Source of the DNA: Blastocatellia bacterium
Lineage (GTDB): Bacteria; Acidobacteriota; Blastocatellia; UBA7656
Length of the DNA stretch: 64,000 nucleotides
Reading direction: 5' to 3'
NCBI GenBank assembly: GCA_963765495.1
Contig: CAVXWP010000008.1
Location: forward strand, 160,001-224,000
Part shown: positions 58,953 to 64,000 of the stretch, piece by piece
Layout of the letters: the number at the start of each line of letters is the position of its first letter
Numbering within the stretch: position 1 is the stretch's first letter
Translations under genes and position numbers: made by a program
Notes under the pieces: generated by a model
Seen by the model: only the letters and a program-made list of their open reading frames with translations
What the model was told of the DNA's origin: nothing
Database searches by the model: none

Positions 58953-59903
58953 CTATTTCTTCTTTCGGTGAGCCAGCGTGTTTCGTTCCCAGAAGAGGCC
59001 CTCGCTGTAGCCCTGTATCTCGTGATTAGAACCGGCCATCTCCAGACGTTTTTCAGCAAGGCAGCAATAGTTTTCATCTATCTCCACGCCGATGAAATGC
59101 CGGTTGAGCTTGCGGGCAACCGCCGAGGTAGTGCCAGAACCGAGAAACGGATCAAAGACGACATCTCCCGGATTACTGCTTGCCAGGATGATTTTCGCCA
59201 GCAGCTTCTCTGGTTTCTGCGTGGGGTGATCCGTGTTTTCAGCCATAGACCAGAAGGGAATTGTCACATCAGTCCAGAGGTTCGACGGATGCGTTAGTCG
59301 AAAGCGACCATCCTTGCCGTCCTGCCAGCCCTTTGGCTGCCCGTCCTCGGTGTAGGGCGCGATGACCTGCCGCTTCAATTTCACCGCGTCAAGATTGAAT
59401 GTATAGCTGTTTGACATGGTGAAAAACCATATGTCTTCCGAGCAGTTTTTCCAGTTACTCTTTGCGCCCCGGCCTTTTTCGCGTTCCCACGTGATGCGAT
59501 TTCGAACGGCAAAATATCTGGCCCCAGCCGTGTGAATTGCCGCCGATGACCTCCAGTCTCCACAGATGTAAATGGAAGCCGTGGGCCTGAGCAGCCTGAC
59601 GGTTTCCGATAGCCATCGGTCGAGCCACGCTTCATACTCGCTCAAAGAAGTGGAGTGGAATTTCTCTTTGTTGAATGTCTTGGACAGGTTATAAGGTGGG
59701 TCGGCAAACAGCAGATCAATCGAGTTTGCAGGCAAGTGTTTTAGCGCCTGAAATACATCCTGGCAGATGATTTTATCAATCACGCGATCCGCCGTGACCG
59801 CACCGGAGAGGCTTAAAAGACGCTCTCTGTAGCGACTTCTTTCTTCTTCGCTCAGAGTAATAGTGCGATTGCGCGAGGCGAGGTTCTTCTCTCGATTTGC
59901 CAT
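58953..59903 (-). CDS. orphan beta-class DNA N6-A/N4-C methyltransferase (YhdJ-like)
   Basis: ADPPY precedes HPTQKPE and DPFLGSGTT; no adjacent endonuclease. Confidence 0.9.
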   Translation of the reverse strand: MANREKNLASRNRTITLSEEERSRYRERLLSLSGAVTADRVIDKIICQDVFQALKHLPANSIDLLFADPPYNLSKTFNKEKFHSTSLSEYEAWLDRWLSETVRLLRPTASIYICGDWRSSAAIHTAGARYFAVRNRITWEREKGRGAKSNWKNCSEDIWFFTMSNSYTFNLDAVKLKRQVIAPYTEDGQPKGWQDGKDGRFRLTHPSNLWTDVTIPFWSMAENTDHPTQKPEKLLAKIILASSNPGDVVFDPFLGSGTTSAVARKLNRHFIGVEIDENYCCLAEKRLEMAGSNHEIQGYSEGLFWERNTLAHRKKK

Positions 59904-59968
59904 AGCGAGGGCCGATTCTTAATCACGCTTGTCTTATCATGTTTGCCGGGCGGCCATCATGGCATCCA

Positions 59969-60646
59969 TCATGGTTTGGCCAGCAGTTGGTCGAAGGCGT
60001 CTTCGGGCAGATCGGATAATCTGTTTACAACCAGATCAGCCTCCAGAAACTGATGCGTTGAGAGCACTCCTATGCTGCGCATCCCGGCCCGGCGTGCAGC
60101 CTCGATCCCAGCCGGAGCGTCTTCAACGACTATGCACCTGTCAGGGGGCGTCCCGACTTTAACGGCCGCGGCAAGAAAAATCTGAGGATCGGGCTTGCCG
60201 CGCTCGACCTCTTCGGCCGAGGCCAGCGCATTGAAGTACTTGCCTATGTCGAGCGCAGAAAGTATGACCTCGATGTTGAGCGGCGGGGCGGATGATGCGA
60301 CCGCCTGCCGCCAGCCGTCGGCTTGCAGGCGAGCAAGCCAGTCTCTTACGCCCGGCAACGGTTCGATACCACCCGTTCTTATCATTTCGCGATAGCTCTC
60401 TTCCTTGCTCGCGCTTATGCGCTCGATGTCGGAGGCCGTGATGCCGGATTTGAAATAGCGGCGCAGTATCTCTTCATTGCGCTGACCAAAGGTCGAAAGA
60501 AACTGCTCGTGTGTGAGATCAAATCCTTCGCGAGCAAGCGTATCGCGCCAACTCAACCAGTGATACTCGGCCGAATCTATCAGTGTGCCGTCCACGTCCC
60601 AGAGTACGGCCTTTTGCCTTGCGGTTCTTTCTTTGTCTGTTGTCAT
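59969..60646 (-). CDS. HAD family phosphatase (beta-phosphoglucomutase-like)
   Basis: WDVDGTLIDS, GKPDP, VEDAPAG; start reset to MTTDK. Confidence 0.9.
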   Translation of the reverse strand: MTTDKERTARQKAVLWDVDGTLIDSAEYHWLSWRDTLAREGFDLTHEQFLSTFGQRNEEILRRYFKSGITASDIERISASKEESYREMIRTGGIEPLPGVRDWLARLQADGWRQAVASSAPPLNIEVILSALDIGKYFNALASAEEVERGKPDPQIFLAAAVKVGTPPDRCIVVEDAPAGIEAARRAGMRSIGVLSTHQFLEADLVVNRLSDLPEDAFDQLLAKP

Positions 60647-60709
60647 AATAATCTCCCTGAAGATAGAGGAATCCTTGAGCGTAGACAACCGCCAAAATGC
60701 ATCGACGCA

Positions 60710-60898
60710 AAATGGCGTGGTCATACGCGTAATCCGAAAATTGCGATTTATCTTTTTGACAGGATTAACAGGATTCAATCTGCCGAGACGATCGGAAACC
60801 ACCGGTTGTTTTATGATAATGTTTTGCCTGCTTTGCGGCTTTGCACCTTTGCGCGAATCTATATTTCGCAAAACCGCAATCGCCCTGAGTACGCAAAG
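60710..60898. repeat. cluster of short intergenic repeats (ACAGGATT and CTTTGCG families)
   Basis: ttgacaggattaacaggatt; ctttgcggctttgcacctttgcgc; acgcaaag. Confidence 0.6.
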
Positions 60899-61171
60899 AA
60901 CTTCCTTAGAATTTATTTCATACTTTCTTAAGCTGATTTTGTTTGGGTACTTAACATCAGAGTGAAGAAGCGATCAGTCATATCAGATCGATATGATTCC
61001 AGATTTTACCGCAGAAGGTGAAGAAACAGTATAGCTAATCAGCGTTCTTGTCGGTTATGTGGGTAACAATCCGCCCCACTGAAATATCAATTCAGAAAAT
61101 CCAATACCAGAGTAAGACCCTGTCTTAAATCCACTCTCCCTTACCTCGAAACATGGGATGACACGGAAAAA

Positions 61172-61256
61172 GCTTAACGGCTACTTGAACGGCGCGCTGG
61201 CAGACTCGGGATAACGAACAGGTGGAATCCGCATCCGCTGTAATGAGCAGTTAGGC
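61172..61256 (-). mobile_element. integron attC-like site
   Basis: Minus strand GCCTAAC (contains GNAT stop) tgctca ttacagcgga ... gccgttcaa gtagcc GTTAAGC; 85 bp. Confidence 0.7.
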
Positions 61257-61781
61257 GGCGCGTTTGGATTCAAATGAGAAGACATGCCAACTTTTCCCAT
61301 CCTTATCTAAAGAAATCGGCTCAATCGTCTTGCCGAGAAACTCATTAATTGCTCGCGCCCAGAAATCCTTCGCCTTGTGATTTCGGTCTATAACACGCAC
61401 CTCCCATTTCCCGGGAAAATTTCCCCAAATCTCCCGCGCCACTCTCATCCCGAGCCCAAGCCTGCGAAAGCCGCGAAGGATGAAGAACTCTGCCATATCC
61501 CACACATCTTCGTCATTGGAAATTTCAGAGCCTCTACGCACGAAAACAAAGCCGGCGAAATGACCGTTAGCCATAACTAGAAATGGATAGCGGTTAGATT
61601 CTTTCCAATATAAGGGAAGGTATTTGTAGCCGAAACGACCGTCTGCGCCGAGTTTCAGATCAATGAACTCGCTGAAGTCATACGCATATAGCTCAAGCAT
61701 ATTAGCCAAAATCGGCTCTTGTTCTGGTAATGCTGGAATAATCTCAACATCTACAGCTGAAGTTGTTCTAAAGATTGTCAT
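61251..61781 (-). CDS. GNAT family N-acetyltransferase
   Basis: LYAYDFSEF, AEFFILRGFRRLGLG, NHKAKDFW. Confidence 0.88.
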   Translation of the reverse strand: MTIFRTTSAVDVEIIPALPEQEPILANMLELYAYDFSEFIDLKLGADGRFGYKYLPLYWKESNRYPFLVMANGHFAGFVFVRRGSEISNDEDVWDMAEFFILRGFRRLGLGMRVAREIWGNFPGKWEVRVIDRNHKAKDFWARAINEFLGKTIEPISLDKDGKSWHVFSFESKRAA

Positions 61782-61796
61782 AGATGCATTCCATCT

Positions 61797-62897
61797 TCAT
61801 TTTATCCATATTATCCTTCGCAAGACATTGTAATCATCTTTGTACGTCGTGATATGCGTGCTCTTCCCAATTAGCCAGTGCTTTATACTTGCTGGCTCAT
61901 AGGCTTTAGGATAAATAATTCCAGATTGAAAATCTCCCAGACGGTAGAATGTATCTGTCTCTTCTTCGGCTCCTTCATCCGAATAGGCGTAATTTACAAC
62001 CTGGCCTCCGGCCAATTTGATTCTTAGCTCTATCGATGCATATCCCTCAGTCCCTTCACGTTCATGTAGAACATCTATAACCTGGCCGTAAAAACTGGAT
62101 ACACCTTTGAGCAACTTGATCGGGTCAATCGTTGTTGCTTTCGTCAAGCGATTCTTGAGCCAGGTCAAAGGCTTCTTGCTGTCTTCGTAGGTGCTTAATC
62201 TTTCTTTTTCGAATCCATAGAGGTATCGTCTTGCCAGTATAGGACGCTCCGCTATCGGTTCAAGCATTCCTCCTCTATAGCGGAACCACCGTCCCACAAA
62301 ATACAAGCCTCCTCTTTTCCTTTTCTCCTCTCTTATCGCGTCCCATTGCCATTCCGTTGCAAGAATATTGCAGTAGCTGTCCCCCGGATGTTTTACGAAT
62401 GTGCCTTCTGCCCCATATTCCTCCACGCTGAATTCAAGAGGCTGTTTGTAACCATGTATCTCTGGATCAGGCAAAATGGAGATAGTCCAGTATTGAAATC
62501 CTATGCCGTTTGTTACGCCGGAGCAATCGGCAACTATGATTTCATCATCTTTGTCCCTATCTATATCACCCCTCAAAACTTCAAACATAGATGTACCGCC
62601 GTTATAGGTAGATGCGGGCCATTTCCCGAGGACGCGACCATTCTTTTCGATGGCAAAGAAGATTTCTGCGTCAGATATATGTTTACAAACCCTTAACCCG
62701 TTTCCAATCTCAGCACAATGACTCCGTTCAAAAGGTGTAGTCGCAGGCTCGGTAGGCGCGGGATACTTAGATAGCATGAACGGACGGTCCTGATCTGTAG
62801 TAGCCGATGTCAAACGAAATTGAGTCTTCGTGAATTGGCCACTGCCAGGTGCGGCAAAAACTGCTAGGATAGAAAAGATGCTCAGGATACTCTTCAT
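61797..62897 (-). CDS. secreted hypothetical protein
   Basis: 366-aa ORF, signal peptide, one GDIDRDKDDEI motif. Confidence 0.7.
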   Translation of the reverse strand: MKSILSIFSILAVFAAPGSGQFTKTQFRLTSATTDQDRPFMLSKYPAPTEPATTPFERSHCAEIGNGLRVCKHISDAEIFFAIEKNGRVLGKWPASTYNGGTSMFEVLRGDIDRDKDDEIIVADCSGVTNGIGFQYWTISILPDPEIHGYKQPLEFSVEEYGAEGTFVKHPGDSYCNILATEWQWDAIREEKRKRGGLYFVGRWFRYRGGMLEPIAERPILARRYLYGFEKERLSTYEDSKKPLTWLKNRLTKATTIDPIKLLKGVSSFYGQVIDVLHEREGTEGYASIELRIKLAGGQVVNYAYSDEGAEEETDTFYRLGDFQSGIIYPKAYEPASIKHWLIGKSTHITTYKDDYNVLRRIIWIK

Positions 62898-62965
62898 AGG
62901 TCATCTATTATAAGCCTGGCGACCGAAGATGGCAGCAAGCGCCTATGCACAAAAGGAAACCGACC

Positions 62966-63487
62966 TCATTTCAATACTGAGAGGTATGCCCTCCAGGGTC
63001 CCACTGCTTCTCGATACTGCTTTGCCATTGTTCGCGATACCTGATTGATATGGTCGAGGTCATGTACAACCCACGCCGCCAACAACTCTTCAGCCGTCAC
63101 TTTGCCCAAATCTGGATGTTTTCCTGATTTTTTTAGGTCATTAAGTTTGAGTTTGATTCCCCTGAGCGTGTCAAGATTACCCGACCTTAATATCTCGAAA
63201 GTATTTAATAGTTCGTCCATTGTCTTGCCCTTGCTCATGTCGAATTGCGCAAACCTGTCGAATGGTTGGAATGTCTCTGCTTCTCCTTTATGCAGGATAA
63301 TGTTAAGGCGCGGAATCCAATCGGACTGCTCACCGTGTATAAGATGGCCGAGGACATCAAAGGGGTTCCAGGTTTGCTCACCCTCATTGCTAGTAATCCA
63401 ATCCGAGGGAAGATTTTCAAGCATGGCTCTGAGTACTTGAGGTGTCCTGTCGAGAACTGAAATGGCATGATCAAGATCGAAATTCAC
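62966..63487 (-). CDS. DinB family protein
   Basis: WNPFDVLGHL, HPDLG, WVVHDLDH; aaggagg RBS. Confidence 0.9.
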   Translation of the reverse strand: MNFDLDHAISVLDRTPQVLRAMLENLPSDWITSNEGEQTWNPFDVLGHLIHGEQSDWIPRLNIILHKGEAETFQPFDRFAQFDMSKGKTMDELLNTFEILRSGNLDTLRGIKLKLNDLKKSGKHPDLGKVTAEELLAAWVVHDLDHINQVSRTMAKQYREAVGPWRAYLSVLK

Positions 63488-63666
63488 TCTAAGCCTCCTT
63501 TAATAACAGTTCCAATATATCACAAATGCGACTCCGGTATCCGGTGCCAGCCCAAAGACTGCGGCAATCGAATTGCCGTCAGAAGAGGGACAACGAGACT
63601 ATGGAATGCGCGTTCAATGTAATAAGCGGTTTGGCTCGGCCTTTCATTTAAGATTGCCTGTCTCTC

Positions 63667-63999
63667 TTAGTCAACAAGCAATTCTTTGAGTTCAGACCTG
63701 TCTTTCAAATCCTTAAACCATAGGGGTGGGTTCGGAGGTTTGTCATACTCCTTCAGCCTCAATTCCCACCAACCCACATCTCTCCACTCTCCAAATTTAT
63801 ACCCGACGTTCTTATACACTCCAACCAATTCAAATCCCATTGACTCGTGTAGCCCAACACTGCCCTGATTCGGAAGGGCAATCCCGGCCAGGGCTGTGTA
63901 AAAACCTTGAATCCGAAGGATATTAAATAATGTTTGATAGAGTTTTCGACCGTATCCACGACGATGTGCTTGTGGATCAATATAAATAGAGACATCAAC
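63667..63999 (-). CDS. phosphinothricin/arsinothricin N-acetyltransferase (Pat/ArsN1-like GNAT), 5'-truncated; missing from ORF track
   Basis: Read manually: VDVSIYIDPQAHRRGYGRKLY...AGIALPNQGSVGLHESMGF..VGYKFGEWRDVGWW. Confidence 0.85.
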   Translation of the reverse strand, partial: VDVSIYIDPQAHRRGYGRKLYQTLFNILRIQGFYTALAGIALPNQGSVGLHESMGFELVGVYKNVGYKFGEWRDVGWWELRLKEYDKPPNPPLWFKDLKDRSELKELLVD

Positions 64000-64000
64000 T

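Noticed and set aside
60647-60871. 75-aa N-terminal extension of the HAD ORF
   Set aside because: Runs through intergenic repeats (RKGAK, NPVNPV); an RBS-like ggag precedes MTTDK
1-64000. tRNA, rRNA, CRISPR arrays, transposase or integrase genes
   Set aside because: None recognised by eye; a tRNAscan/Rfam run would be needed to exclude small RNAs

Overview
64-kb bacterial chromosomal window; gene content resembles Acidobacteriota, probably Blastocatellia (inferred, not shown). It holds the 3' part of argH, a GxxExxY nuclease gene bracketed by 49-bp inverted repeats, a sortilin/BNR-repeat protein, and an arginine operon (argR-argG-DUF1611-like-argC-argD-argF'-argB) with no argA/argJ/argE. Next come an S41 protease, a locus with a TPR-CHAT protease, ECF sigma, anti-sigma, Cys-rich peptide and a second sigma/anti-sigma pair, then an S8 protease, an SDR, arsS with its AhpD-like partner, and SOD. 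A 4-hydroxybenzoyl-CoA-reductase-like Mo enzyme operon is interrupted by a Uma2 gene, followed by a frameshifted REC-TPR gene and two ABC permeases. A kinase-STAND-WD40 receptor and a GAF sigma-54 activator precede a ~3000-aa surface protein; a visible sigma-54 promoter and two enhancer palindromes lie between them. The right end has CHAD, a frameshifted TPR gene head-to-head with a small Cys-rich gene, an MsrP-like oxidoreductase, an orphan DNA methyltransferase, a HAD hydrolase, and an AT-richer cassette-like gene string with an attC site. Strongest novel signals: (1) the GxxExxY element has an internally deleted, gene-less copy 33 kb away, suggesting a PD-(D/E)XK-driven REP/MITE-type mobile system; (2) the DUF1611-like gene sits in an arg operon that lacks an N-acylglutamate synthase; (3) cis-elements are directly visible for both the kinase-STAND/bEBP system and the CHAT-ECF system. 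All protein calls come from motif reading, not database searches.
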